This document shows, piece by piece, positions 23,549 through 34,081 of a stretch of 64,000 bases of DNA; position 1 is the stretch's first letter, and every line of letters begins with the position of its first letter. The stretch is from assembly GCA_963845755.1 (NCBI GenBank), contig CAWJTV010000003.1:64001-128000 (forward strand), given 5' to 3'. The translations under genes were made by a program, and so were the position numbers. This DNA comes from an uncultured Planctomycetota bacterium (lineage in GTDB: Bacteria > Planctomycetota > Planctomycetia > Isosphaerales > Isosphaeraceae). Under the pieces are notes generated by a model that was given only the letters and a program-made list of their open reading frames with translations, was not told the DNA's origin and made no database searches.

Positions 23549-25054
23549 ATGGATAAGGATATCGAAATGCGCCCTTTCCCGGCCTTCTCGCTCATCATCA
23601 GCCTGGTCCTGTTCACGGCCTCGGTCCGCACGGCGCTCGGCGACGACGCGGCGGACGCGCCCGTCCGTGCCGGTAGCAAACTGCTCGCCGAGGGCGATCG
23701 CCTGGCCGATCAGGGCCAGCTCACCGAGGCCGTCGTTCGCTACAAGCGTGGGTTCGAGCGGATCCTCCCCGCACTGCGCAAGATCCCCTTCCTGCACGAA
23801 GTCAAGCGCGATGTCACCAAGCGCGAGAACCTCAAGGCGCTGGTCATGAAGGAGTTCGAGGAGGACATGACGCCCGAGGAGTTCCGCGCCAACGAGATGG
23901 CCATGAAGGCGTTCGGCCTGCTGCCTCGCCATTTCGACCTCAAGGAGACCCTCGCGCAGGTCTTATCCGAAGAGATCGCGGCGTTTTACGACCCCAAGAC
24001 CAAGACCATGCACCTGATCGAGGAGCCCAAGAAGCCCGAGTCCAGGAAAGCCCCCTCCTTCCTGGAGCGGCTCTTCGGCAAAACCGAAGCGTTCGACAAG
24101 GACGAGAACAAGACGGTCATCGCCCACGAGCTGACGCATGCGCTGGCCGACCAGCACTATGACCTCGATGCCCTGGACAAGTCCGTCAAGAAGGATGATG
24201 ACCGTTCCCTGGCGCTCTCCGCGCTGATCGAGGGCGAAGCAACCCTGACCATGTTGGGGGCGGGCATGGAAGACTGGGAAGGCAGAGAGATCGTGAAAAT
24301 GCCCGCCGAGAGCCTGGACTGGACGTTCAGCCTGGTGTCCTCTTTCCTTCCCATGCTGGGCGGCGGCAAGAGCCTGCGCCAGGCCCCGCCGATCATCTCG
24401 GAATCGATGTTGTTTCCCTACATGAAAGGCGTGGTCTTCTGCGCGAAGCTGGCCAACGACGGCGGCTGGAAGGCGATCGATGACGCCTATCGCAACTTGC
24501 CCCTCTCGACCGAGCAGATCCTCCACCCCGAGAAGTACCTGGCCCGGCCCGATCGGCCCATGTCGATCGATCTGGGGACCTTGAAGCCGGGCGCGGGCTG
24601 GAAGGAAGTGGGCCGCAACGTGCTGGGCGAGATGCAACTTCAGGTGCTCCTCCGCAAGCACGGCGGCAAATCGGCCGCGGCCGGCTGGGACGGCGACCGT
24701 TACGCCGTCTTCGAAGGGCCGAAAGACCGGCTGGGCCTCGTCTGGCTGTCAACCTGGGACAGCGAAGAGGACGCGCGGGAGTTTACCGCGGCCTACATCC
24801 GATACCAGACCTCCCGGGTCAACGACTTGCCGCGCCCTCGCCGAGGTACCCACGACACGATCTGGCGGAACGCCGGCGACCAGTTCTATGTCGTCCAGCG
24901 CCGCGGCATGGACGTCGCGGTCGTCGAGGGCTTCTCCGCCGAGACGACCCCCACGCTCCTCGAAGCCGCATTCCACGCCGGGAAGGTCGAGATGAAGCCG
25001 GATACGCAGGCGTTAACTCGCCCCAAGGCGGCTACTGCCGAGAGTCCTCGATGA
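23549..25054 (+). CDS. Secreted zincin-like putative metallopeptidase
   Basis: Signal peptide; IAAFYDP, HELTHALADQ, ALIEGEAT, FPY..G, STEQILHPEKY, AAGWDGD. Confidence 0.75.
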   Translation: MDKDIEMRPFPAFSLIISLVLFTASVRTALGDDAADAPVRAGSKLLAEGDRLADQGQLTEAVVRYKRGFERILPALRKIPFLHEVKRDVTKRENLKALVMKEFEEDMTPEEFRANEMAMKAFGLLPRHFDLKETLAQVLSEEIAAFYDPKTKTMHLIEEPKKPESRKAPSFLERLFGKTEAFDKDENKTVIAHELTHALADQHYDLDALDKSVKKDDDRSLALSALIEGEATLTMLGAGMEDWEGREIVKMPAESLDWTFSLVSSFLPMLGGGKSLRQAPPIISESMLFPYMKGVVFCAKLANDGGWKAIDDAYRNLPLSTEQILHPEKYLARPDRPMSIDLGTLKPGAGWKEVGRNVLGEMQLQVLLRKHGGKSAAAGWDGDRYAVFEGPKDRLGLVWLSTWDSEEDAREFTAAYIRYQTSRVNDLPRPRRGTHDTIWRNAGDQFYVVQRRGMDVAVVEGFSAETTPTLLEAAFHAGKVEMKPDTQALTRPKAATAESPR

Positions 25055-26231
25055 GGATCGTCCGTCTCGAGCTCTACCACGTGGCGGTCCCCTTGAAGAA
25101 AGTGGTGAAGCACGCCTCGTTCGAGCGATCGGTCAGCGAGAACTTGGTGGTGCGGCTCGAGCTGGCCGACGGCCACGTCGGCTACGGGGAGGGAGTCCCT
25201 CGGCCCTATGTAACGGGTGAGACGGTGGCGTCCACGTTCGGCGTCTTGTCGGCGCACGACTGGGCGGGTGCGATCGGTCAACCGGTCGATTTTCGACAGG
25301 TGGTGGAGCGGCTCGAGGCGCTGCGGCTCCCGGAGTCCGAATCGGATCCGCGGGGCATGGCGGGCAATGCCGCGCATTGCGCCCTGGAGCTGGCGGTGCT
25401 GGACGCGTTCGGCCGGCGGTTCGGCGAGCCGGCGGGCCGGGCGGTCGAGCTGGCCACGGTTGAAGGACTTGAGCGGTTCTCGGCACCCCAACGCGTGCGG
25501 TACAGCGGGGCCATCACGGCCGAGTCCACCTTCGGCGAGTGGCGAACGGCCGTGAAGATTCGGATCTACGGCTTCCACCAGGTGAAGGTGAAGGTGGGTA
25601 GCCGGGGACAGGATGATCCGCGACGGCTCCGCGCTTCGAGGCGAATCCTCGGCCGCCGGATGGATATCCGGCTCGATGCCAACGAGGCATGGACCGCGTC
25701 CGAGCTAGTCGAGCGCATCGAACCCTTGAAGCGTTTCGCGCCACCGCGCTGGAGCAGCCTGTCGCCCATGCGGAGATTGATCGTCTCGCCGAGTTGCGCA
25801 GCCGCCTGGGAATCCCCGTGATGCTGGATGAATCACTCTGCGGCTTCCCCGACGCCGAGGCCTCGGTCGCGCGGAAGACGGCAGACCTGTTCAATGTCCG
25901 GCTGTCCAAGTGCGGTGGCATCTTGCCCTCGCTCCGGATCATCGCCCTGGCCCGGCGCTCGGGCCTTGGCGTGCAGCTTGGCTGTCACCCGGGCGAGACG
26001 GCGTTGCTCTCGGCCGCAGGGCGGCACGTTGCCAGCCGGGTGGCCGGCCTGCGCTATGTCGAGGGCTCCTACGATCGCCACATCCTCGCGGCGAATCTCT
26101 CCCGGCAGGATCTCACGTTCAGCTATGGCGGCTGGGCGCAACCGCTGAAGGGCCCGGGGCTCGGCGTCGCGGTCGATGCGGCCGCTCTTGAGGCGATGAC
26201 CGTCGATCACCGGGAGATTCGGTATGACTGA
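25051..26231 (+). CDS. Enolase-superfamily protein (dipeptide epimerase/muconate cycloisomerase-like), frameshift ~25745
   Basis: GYGEG, KVKVG, RLDAN, EQP, MLDES, RLSKCGG. Confidence 0.88.
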
Positions 26232-27072
26232 GCCGGTCTGCGACGTCCGGACTCTTACCGCCTCCGATGGTTATCCCTTGCACGTCGCGATCTGGCCGAC
26301 GACCCGGCCCGCACGGGGTCAGGTCGTTGTCATCCATGGTGTCCAGAGCCACTCCGGCTGGTATCACCGACTCGGGCAGAACCTGGCGACTTCCGGTTAC
26401 TTCGCCGCGTTCCCCGATCGCCGCGGATCGGGAGCCAACACTCGAGATCGGGGCCACACGCGATCGGCCAGCCGTTTGATCAACGATCTCGTCGAGTGGC
26501 TCCGGGTCCTGCGCGCCGACCAGCCGACGGTCCCCATCGCGCTGGCTGGGATCAGTTGGGGCGGCAAGCTCGCAACGATTGTGGCGGCCCGGCACCCGGA
26601 GCTGGTCAACGCCATCGCCTTGATCTGCCCTGGCCTGCACCCTCGGGTCGGGGTTTCCCGCAAGGAGCGGCTCCAGATCGCGTGGGCTTTCTTCACGAAC
26701 CGGCGCAAGACCTTCCCGATCCCCCTGTCCGGCCCGGCGCTGTTCACGGCCAGTCCGGAGGGTCAGTCCTTCATCGCCGCCGACCCGCTCAGCCTCCGCG
26801 AGGGGACCGCCGGCTTGCTGGCCGCCAGTTTTATCATCGATCGCCTGGTGAGTCGTTCCGCGTCGCGGATCCGTCAGCCGGCGCTGTTGATGCTGGCAGG
26901 CCGGGATCGGATCGTCGATAATGAAAGGACTCTGGACTACTTCCACAAGCTGGCCTCAGCGGACCGACAGGTCATCGAATACCCCGAGGGGCATCATACC
27001 CTGGAATTCGAACCTGACCCGTCGCAATACGCTCTAGATCTTGTCGCCTGGCTCGACCGACACTTCGCGTAG
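26224..27072 (+). CDS. Alpha/beta hydrolase (lysophospholipase-like)
   Basis: HGVQSH, DRRGSG, GISWGG nucleophile motif, D and H triad candidates. Confidence 0.9.
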   Translation: MTEPVCDVRTLTASDGYPLHVAIWPTTRPARGQVVVIHGVQSHSGWYHRLGQNLATSGYFAAFPDRRGSGANTRDRGHTRSASRLINDLVEWLRVLRADQPTVPIALAGISWGGKLATIVAARHPELVNAIALICPGLHPRVGVSRKERLQIAWAFFTNRRKTFPIPLSGPALFTASPEGQSFIAADPLSLREGTAGLLAASFIIDRLVSRSASRIRQPALLMLAGRDRIVDNERTLDYFHKLASADRQVIEYPEGHHTLEFEPDPSQYALDLVAWLDRHFA

Positions 27073-27100
27073 AGCCACCGGCGAACCGGAGGCTTGGACC

Positions 27101-27298
27101 ATGGAACCCACCAAGCGTGAGCAGCGCCAGAACAAACGGGACATCAAGCGCGCCGGCACCCAACGTCGGCGCAGGCAATGGAAGCGCGACCTGCGCGAGA
27201 ACCCCGAAGAGGCCCCTTACTCCGAGGAAGACTTCGGCCGCTATTCCACCGCCGAGCTCAACGGGTTGGACCACGACAAGACGCGGTGGCGCGGATGA
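27101..27298 (+). CDS. Small basic hypothetical protein
   Basis: GGAGG RBS upstream; 65 aa with coding-like codon use. Confidence 0.6.
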   Translation: MEPTKREQRQNKRDIKRAGTQRRRRQWKRDLRENPEEAPYSEEDFGRYSTAELNGLDHDKTRWRG

Positions 27299-27347
27299 TC
27301 GTGGTCGCATTGCGCAGCCATCGGCGCAAGGCCGGCACTCCTCGGCG

Positions 27348-27902
27348 CTAGTCGAAGAACCCGCGATACCAGTCGGTCAGGAACAGTCTGAGAGACTTGT
27401 AGATGCGGAAACGCGTGTTTCCACCATCAATCGTCAGTTGGAGATCGTTTTCGACCAGGGCCATCAGGCCAAGCAAAGGCAGGCGTGGGTCCGGCTTGCC
27501 GATGGGAGTCATGACGCGCACTTGGCGGCTGGATCGCAGGTGAATGGGCGATTTGTTTCGTGACGTGCGCGATCCTGTGTAAGGCGCCCGATGAAGCCAG
27601 AGGTTTGCTCCGCGTAGATCGTACTTCCTTCCATCCTGGGACTTGTTCTCCTCCAACGATTTGAGATGCCCCTTGTGAAGTCCCGCCCAGTGAACCAGAT
27701 GCCACTCATCGATCTCAAGAGTGCGATTGAAGCCGGTATCCAGAATCGCCGGCATTGTGATCACACCTTCGGGAAAGGTCGATTCGCCGATCAGACTCAG
27801 ACTGATCCCAACAATCATCTTGGGCGGACGCACATCGACATGGCCCGATGGGACTTCGATCACCTGACTGCGGATGAATGAACTGCGGAGGATCGTCGTC
27901 AC
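27348..27902 (-). CDS. Retropepsin-like aspartyl protease
   Basis: AILDTGF catalytic motif and LLG motif (PLLGLMAL). Confidence 0.7.
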   Translation of the reverse strand: MTTILRSSFIRSQVIEVPSGHVDVRPPKMIVGISLSLIGESTFPEGVITMPAILDTGFNRTLEIDEWHLVHWAGLHKGHLKSLEENKSQDGRKYDLRGANLWLHRAPYTGSRTSRNKSPIHLRSSRQVRVMTPIGKPDPRLPLLGLMALVENDLQLTIDGGNTRFRIYKSLRLFLTDWYRGFFD

Positions 27903-28209
27903 GATTGGTCGAACCGGTCGGAAGGATGTCAGCGATCAAGGTCATCGTCGTCGATCTGCAAGGGCGCGATGACGGTAATAAACAGCTCACCACCGTCGGT
28001 GAAGCCTTTCTTCGCAAGCCTCCGTCGAAGCTGGCGGTCGGAGACACCGAATGCGACCAGTTCGTTCCCCCGGTAGGCAACCAACTGCCGGTATCGATTC
28101 TCCGCGAGGAACCGCGGCAGATCGTGCTTGTAGGCTTCGATTCCCCGCTGGATGAGTTCGCGATTCTCTTGTGCAAGAATCCGCTCAACTTCGCCTCGGC
28201 GCTCTCTCA

Positions 28210-29225
28210 GAGGGGATTTGGAAAATTAAGCGGCCTGGGAAATCTCGACCCCCTCATTTTGTGAAACTAGGGAATATTGGTGCGTCGGTTCCAAACGTCG
28301 GAGCATAATATGAATCATTGCCATCTGAATCATAGCCTCACTCGTCTCGGTCAATCCCTCGTAGTCCTTACTCAGTCGGCGATATCGTCCCAGCCAGCCG
28401 AACGTCCGCTCCACCACCCACCGCTTCGGCAGCAGCTTGAACCCTTTGGTATCGTCCGTCCGCTTGATCACCTGCAACTCCCAACCGCATTCGCTCTCGA
28501 CCCAGGCGATCAGCCATCCCTTCTCATAGATGCCATCGGCCCAGATGACCTTCAACCGCGGACAGCGACCCTTGACCTTCTCCAGCACCGGCTTGGCCCC
28601 GTGGTAGTCCTGCACCCCTGCGGACGTCACGACCACCGCGATCAGCAGGCCCAGGGTGTCCACCAAGATATGCCGCTTCCGGCCCTTCACCTTCTTCCCC
28701 GCATCGAAGCCCTGGATCCCGCCCACCTCGGTTGTCTTGACCGACTGGCTGTCCAGGCTGGCTGCCGACGGTTCGGGATCGCGTTCCGACGCCTCCCGTA
28801 CCATCGGCCGCAACGCGTCATGAATCCGCGCGATCGTCCCGGTGCGCCGCCACTGACTGAAGTAGTCGTAGGCGGTCCCGGGCGGGGGAAAGTCATGAGG
28901 CAGCAGGTCCCAGGCACAGCCGGTGCGGAGCACGTAGAGGATGGCGTTGAGGACCTCTCGCATGTCGGTCGTGCGCGGTCGTCCGCCGCCCGGCGGCGGG
29001 GGCAACAGGAGCTGGATGATTTCCCATTGGGCATCGGTGAGGTCGGTCTCGTAGGGGGTTCGCGATTGCGTGGTCGGGGTCCGCGGAGGTCGCTGAGGCT
29101 TGTGGGCTCGTGGCATGGCGTCATCAGAGGAAAAGGATGTCGGAGTTCAAGGAGGCCAACGACCCGTTTCTACGTCAATGCACACCGAAGGTTCGCCTAA
29201 TCCCTGTAAGTTCCCAGATCCCCTC
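28210..29225 (-). mobile_element. IS5-family element (IS1031-like), 1016 bp
   Basis: TIRs GAGGGGATTTGGAAA / TTCCCAGATCCCCTC; TCA target duplication at 28207-28209 and 29226-29228. Confidence 0.92.
28226..29116 (-). CDS. IS5-family transposase
   Basis: YETDLTDAQW, DSQSVKT, GKKVKGRKRHILVDTLG, WADG, KRWVVERTFGWL..YRRLSKDYE. Confidence 0.96.
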   Translation of the reverse strand: MPRAHKPQRPPRTPTTQSRTPYETDLTDAQWEIIQLLLPPPPGGGRPRTTDMREVLNAILYVLRTGCAWDLLPHDFPPPGTAYDYFSQWRRTGTIARIHDALRPMVREASERDPEPSAASLDSQSVKTTEVGGIQGFDAGKKVKGRKRHILVDTLGLLIAVVVTSAGVQDYHGAKPVLEKVKGRCPRLKVIWADGIYEKGWLIAWVESECGWELQVIKRTDDTKGFKLLPKRWVVERTFGWLGRYRRLSKDYEGLTETSEAMIQMAMIHIMLRRLEPTHQYSLVSQNEGVEISQAA

Positions 29226-29429
29226 TCAGTATTCGAGCCAGCTCGGGATCATACTTGTAATCAGCATAGTAGCCGGGTGGAATGGAGTCTGCGTCTCCGA
29301 TCTCTGCGGCCATTTTCGGGGAATCGGTTGCCATGACGCCCTCCTCATCGATTGCTGTCCCCCACTGGCATCGATTCTAACGCGCTCCGCCGGAATCGCC
29401 AACTCGCAAGGCGGAGCGTCCGCGTGAGC

Positions 29430-29960
29430 TCAACGGGCGGCCAATTGTTGAGACAAAGTGCGGAAGGACACGATCCGCGCGGCCGGGACGTGAGGGAAAC
29501 CCTCCCAGAGGAAGGCCTTGAAAGCGGCATCGCCTCGGTGATCGAAGAACTGGAACGAGTGCGTCGCGTTGTCGCTGTCGTGCCCGCGCTTCTCGACGGC
29601 ATAGATTGTGGCGATCTCCTCGTGGAGGATGTGCATGTCGAGAGTGTCCGTCTGGACGTTGAAAAAAGGCCCCGTCTCGGAGAATCCGCCGAAGACCCCG
29701 ACGGCCTCGATCACCGCGGCCCGGCTGCGGACGAAAACCCGCATCGTTCCCAGTCCGGGCAGCGCCTCCATCAGCTCGCGGAAGCAATCGTCGCGCAGGG
29801 GGACGATCGGCCATTGCCCGATCAAGGTCGCCACGACGACCTGCTCGGGAACCTCGAACTTGCGGGCCGCCATCATCGTCATCCGCGAGGAATCCTCGCG
29901 GAACCAGGCCCGAACGGCTTCGATGCGATCCGCGTCGAGGACGGAAGGGGCAACATCCAT
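29430..29960 (-). CDS. ChuX/HutX-like heme-utilisation carrier protein
   Basis: Size and motifs (AVIE..G.F, GPFFN, LDMHI, HSFQFFDHRGDAAFKAFL). Confidence 0.7.
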   Translation of the reverse strand: MDVAPSVLDADRIEAVRAWFREDSSRMTMMAARKFEVPEQVVVATLIGQWPIVPLRDDCFRELMEALPGLGTMRVFVRSRAAVIEAVGVFGGFSETGPFFNVQTDTLDMHILHEEIATIYAVEKRGHDSDNATHSFQFFDHRGDAAFKAFLWEGFPHVPAARIVSFRTLSQQLAAR

Positions 29961-30069
29961 GAAAGGTACCTCTCTGTGACTTGAGCGTCGTGATGGTTGG
30001 TAGCGACAGCGAAGGACGAAAAGCAAGTGGGTCGGGCTTTCCAGCCGGAGACCCTAGCTCTCCGCTTCC

Positions 30070-31491
30070 TTACGGGGTCATCATCCATTCCGGGAATCGG
30101 GGCAGAGGGATCAGGAGCGCCGGCTGACCATCGAGCCCCGGCTGCATGTAAAGGTCGTACTCGGGGTTCTCGAGCCAGGGATGCTGGACGCGGATGACCT
30201 CGCCATAGCGCGGTCCCCTCTGAGCACGGAATGCCGGTCCGTCGTACTCCCCCTGAATCGGGGGAGGCCACGCCATCGGCGGGTGCCACGGGTCGCCTAC
30301 TCCGCTCCTGAATAGCCCTGGTGATTTCGCCTGGTCCTGCAACCTCTTCAAAGCATCGAACTTCTCTTTCGACGTGTCGAGGAAATCGCCCAAGTCATCC
30401 ATTCGCTTCTTGGACTGGAGGTCCGGGAATGGCAAGGGCGGCCTCACCTCGTTATTCGGCGGCGAGAACATTGGCGGGTTTCGGCGGGGATCGCGATTCG
30501 GAAGGTAGGGCCGCGTCGGGGCTGGGCGGACCGGCGGCCGAACAGGTCGATACACTCCCCCGCGGCTGGCGATCTCGGCTGATGAGCGGGATTTCCCAGC
30601 GCCGAGCGCGTCGGTGATGAGCCTTGCGTAATTCGGACCGCCATCGAGAGACGCGATCCGGGACGCTTTGGGTACTTCCAGAGCAGCCGACGGATTCAGG
30701 CTGTCCGCCATGGCGGCGGCGCTACCGGTGACATCTAGCCCTGCCGACTGCGCGACCTCGGCCCCGGAGAGCGCGCCTTCGGCTGGTCCCACGACCCCGC
30801 CCGACGTGGCCTCCGCGGCGACAGCATCGGCCGCGACCGATGAACCCGCCTCGGCGGCGACACCTCCCGCGACCTCGGCTCCCGCCATGGAGCCGAACAT
30901 TGAGGAAAGGCCGCCCACGGCACCGAAGCCCATCGTGCAGACCGCGATCAGCATCTCGCCTTGCTTCTTGGCCTCGGCCATCCGCTGAGCTAGTTCGGCG
31001 CACATCCGGTCGCGGAACTCACGGTCGTCGCGAGCGTCCTCGGCGTCCCACTCGGCCTTGACCTGCTCATTCTTGAGTTCGTCCCGGTCGATGCGGCCTC
31101 TCAGGCTCCACGACATCTTGTCGAGCCGGTCTCGTAGCAAGAGTGCGGCATCGTCGCGCCGGGTTCGCCGCTCGTCCTTTCGCGCCTGGAACTCCACCTG
31201 CGCATCGCGGCGCCGCGACTCGATCTCGCGCCTCCGCTCCTTGAACGCTTGGTTCGCATCTTCGGCTAGGCGCTGCGCCACTATGGCCTGCTCCTCACTC
31301 TCCCCTTGGATCCGGCTGAGGATCGACTCGGGGATGATGGGGCTGGGAGCGGTCGGAGATTCGTCTGAAATCCCTGGCGGCGGCTTCACGAAGCCTTCTG
31401 GCGGGCCCGCGGACTGGGCACGGGCAGCCGGTAGGGGCAAGACGGCGATGGTCGCGGCCAGGAGAAGGGTGTACCGGCGATGGCCTCTCAT
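30070..31491 (-). CDS. Hypothetical secreted protein (coiled-coil, Gly/Ala-rich and Pro-rich regions)
   Basis: 473-aa ORF with signal peptide and GAGGAG RBS. Confidence 0.7.
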   Translation of the reverse strand: MRGHRRYTLLLAATIAVLPLPAARAQSAGPPEGFVKPPPGISDESPTAPSPIIPESILSRIQGESEEQAIVAQRLAEDANQAFKERRREIESRRRDAQVEFQARKDERRTRRDDAALLLRDRLDKMSWSLRGRIDRDELKNEQVKAEWDAEDARDDREFRDRMCAELAQRMAEAKKQGEMLIAVCTMGFGAVGGLSSMFGSMAGAEVAGGVAAEAGSSVAADAVAAEATSGGVVGPAEGALSGAEVAQSAGLDVTGSAAAMADSLNPSAALEVPKASRIASLDGGPNYARLITDALGAGKSRSSAEIASRGGVYRPVRPPVRPAPTRPYLPNRDPRRNPPMFSPPNNEVRPPLPFPDLQSKKRMDDLGDFLDTSKEKFDALKRLQDQAKSPGLFRSGVGDPWHPPMAWPPPIQGEYDGPAFRAQRGPRYGEVIRVQHPWLENPEYDLYMQPGLDGQPALLIPLPRFPEWMMTP

Positions 31492-31618
31492 CTTTGACTC
31501 AGCTCCTCGGTGGCTTGAATATCCGTGTGGTCATCTCGGCGCCTGAACTTTGGACGATGAAGGCGGCACGGGTGACGGTTTGTCACCCGCGCCACCCGAT
31601 CGATCGCCGGAGCATCAC

Positions 31619-34081
31619 TTACTTCCTCGCGGCGGCGAGGATCTTCTGATCGACCATGGCGATTTGCCTTCGGGTCTCGATAACCTCAGCCTGAGCGACC
31701 GCGATGGCCTTGTCGAGCTCGGCGACGGCCGTCACCGCCTTTTGGAACTTGCCGTTCTGGTCTTCCAACCGCTGATCCAGCTCGCCGAGCATGCCCTTGG
31801 CACTCGCGAGAATCTCTGCACGAGTCGTCCCAGCGAACTGTGGGTGCGTACTCTTGTCGCCAATAAACTCCTGCCAGTGATGGTCCCAGTTCCTATTATG
31901 AGCCCACGTGAAATTCTTGAGGCTCATCCATGCCTGGTACAGGCCATCCCAGGTGTGAACGAGGTCGAAAGGAGCACGATACTCATGGTGCGCCTTATTC
32001 ACGGCTTCATGAAGCTCGGCCATGAGCTTTGTCTTCACCGCTCGGTCCAGCTCGAGGTTACCCATTTTTCTCAAGGACTCACTCAGCGAAGAATCGAGCG
32101 CGTGTTTCTCCGCAAGCAGGTCGCCGATGTTCGTCGAGGTCCCAATCGTGTCGTCCAAGGACTTCCCGACCACCGCCGCGGTGATCCGCTGCGAGATCGG
32201 CGTGTCCTTGAGGTAGTGTTTGCCGTTCTCGCCACCGATGGCGACTACCTTGGTCTGAGAGATGCGACGTGTCTCAACCCCTTTGGAAAAACGGTAGGAC
32301 CGGATGCGATGCGGCAGGAACAAGTGCTCGGTCGCGCCCGATTGCAACTCGACCCCACTGCTCTCAGTCAGGATGTTGAGGTCCCGCTTGACCTCTTCAT
32401 CGCTTCGCGAGAGACCGACGAATGGCAAGCTGAAACCCCATCCACCTCCGTCGCGCTTGACGGTGATTCGGCCGCTTGTCTTGCTGCGGTTGTCGCCTTC
32501 AACTCGACCTTTGGTCTGGACCTCTTCCTCCGCGCCCAGGTGTTCCTCGATCATCCGCTCGGCGTTCTCGCCATGTGCCCGTTTGAAGTCCTCCCAGGTC
32601 ATCCAGTCGGCGGGCTGGAGAATGCCCATTTGCACGAGCATGTTGGTGGAGGTGAGCATCGGGAGGATCTCGACGCCGTCAATAACAACCGTTTCCTTGA
32701 TCTCGCCGCTCACGTCCCGCGCGATCCGGTCAGCCGTGATCTGGTCGATCTTGGCACCTTTCTCACGTTGCTCACTGGTCAGCTCGTTAGAGACCTGGAG
32801 CCCGATGTCTAGACCCGCGTCAACTCGCTGCATCCCCAGGACATACTTCTTATTGCTGGCGCGCCAGATGGGCTGGAGTGAGAGTTCGCCCTCGCGGTAC
32901 GCCTCAAGAAAAGCCCTGAAGGCGTCCCGATCCTCGAAGGGAAACACGAACTCGATCACATCGCCCGAACGGCGGATCGTCTGCTGGTCGAACGCCAACA
33001 CGAGTTTCGTCTGGCTGTCGATTGCAGCGATGAAAAGATCGATCACTGGGGGGCGCTTCACGACAACCTCGAGACCCTGGAGATTGCGGGTCTGGCGCTC
33101 ATGGTCCAGGAAGACGCGGTTGGCCGCGAGCCAGTGTTGCTTGCACGCGTCCTTGAACTTGTCGGACCACCACCCCACTTTGACCGTCGCATAGATCTTC
33201 CCTTTCTTGGGTGAGACCTTCCACAGGATGTCAGGCATCCCCGGATCCGGGTGCGGGTTCGGGATCAACCAGAAGAAGGGGAAGGGATACACGACGACCT
33301 TGGACGGATCGACATTGTCGACAGTCGAGCGACCCATCGTGAAATCGACGTAGAAGACTGGTGTCGTGTCCGGTAAGGCGCGGATCGGCATGGACTCGCC
33401 CTCCTTGACGAAAGCGAAATCGGGCGCGTCGTCGATGACCTGGGCCTTTACGGAGAGCCCGGCGTTGGCCAACCGTGTCGGGCCAGGCCGGGGGTTGGTC
33501 GCCGTTGGAGAGGGAGTGGTCTGCACGGATGTCGGCGGCTTTGCGTCGGTCTTGGGGACCGAATCGGAGGGGGGCTGTTCCTGCATGTTGACGGCGGCGA
33601 ATGCCAGGAAGGCCCCGGCGAAGATCATCGCTGGGATGGTGACGGCGCGTCGTACCTGTCGGTTGTGGACCAGCATGGACAAGAAACTCCTCATCAAGTG
33701 GAAGGAACGACGGATCAGGGGAGGCTGTGAGGACGGGGCCGGGACGAGTTCACCTCTTGCACGTCCATTCGGGCTCTCGGGCCACACCGGGTGGTGTTTG
33801 CCTTTACTGCTACTGGGCTGGTTCGCCCGGCCAACGGGCACCAGGTCATTGGACTTCCCAGCGGGCGGGGTTGCGGGTTGGTAGCTGCCGTGGAGTGCGG
33901 GAACCGGATCGATGGCGCCCATCTCCAAGAGAAGCGCATCGAGCAGACGGATGTCCTCCACGAACAGCCGGCTCTGCTCGCAATCGGCCACCTCGGCGGC
34001 TACAGCATCTCGCTCGCCGGGCGGGAGGTCACCGAGCGCGAAGGCCGCGAGTGTCTGTTCATCGCGGATCGACATGGCCAT
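31619..34081 (-). CDS. Anti-sigma-like membrane protein with large extracytoplasmic domain
   Basis: N-terminal DEQTLAAFALGDL...VADCEQSR (zf-HC2-like), one TM, ~650-aa C-terminal part ending in coiled coil; overlaps the ECF sigma gene. Confidence 0.65.
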   Translation of the reverse strand: MAMSIRDEQTLAAFALGDLPPGERDAVAAEVADCEQSRLFVEDIRLLDALLLEMGAIDPVPALHGSYQPATPPAGKSNDLVPVGRANQPSSSKGKHHPVWPESPNGRARGELVPAPSSQPPLIRRSFHLMRSFLSMLVHNRQVRRAVTIPAMIFAGAFLAFAAVNMQEQPPSDSVPKTDAKPPTSVQTTPSPTATNPRPGPTRLANAGLSVKAQVIDDAPDFAFVKEGESMPIRALPDTTPVFYVDFTMGRSTVDNVDPSKVVVYPFPFFWLIPNPHPDPGMPDILWKVSPKKGKIYATVKVGWWSDKFKDACKQHWLAANRVFLDHERQTRNLQGLEVVVKRPPVIDLFIAAIDSQTKLVLAFDQQTIRRSGDVIEFVFPFEDRDAFRAFLEAYREGELSLQPIWRASNKKYVLGMQRVDAGLDIGLQVSNELTSEQREKGAKIDQITADRIARDVSGEIKETVVIDGVEILPMLTSTNMLVQMGILQPADWMTWEDFKRAHGENAERMIEEHLGAEEEVQTKGRVEGDNRSKTSGRITVKRDGGGWGFSLPFVGLSRSDEEVKRDLNILTESSGVELQSGATEHLFLPHRIRSYRFSKGVETRRISQTKVVAIGGENGKHYLKDTPISQRITAAVVGKSLDDTIGTSTNIGDLLAEKHALDSSLSESLRKMGNLELDRAVKTKLMAELHEAVNKAHHEYRAPFDLVHTWDGLYQAWMSLKNFTWAHNRNWDHHWQEFIGDKSTHPQFAGTTRAEILASAKGMLGELDQRLEDQNGKFQKAVTAVAELDKAIAVAQAEVIETRRQIAMVDQKILAAARK

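Larger units (their letters stand above)
27929..29334 (-). pseudogene. Small DUF5678-like protein gene split by IS5
   Basis: Removing the IS and one TCA copy gives an in-frame ORF MATDSPK...ELARILRERRGEVE...IEAYKHDLPRFLAENRYRQLVAYRGNELVAFG...DDDDLDR*; GAGGAG RBS upstream. Confidence 0.8.
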
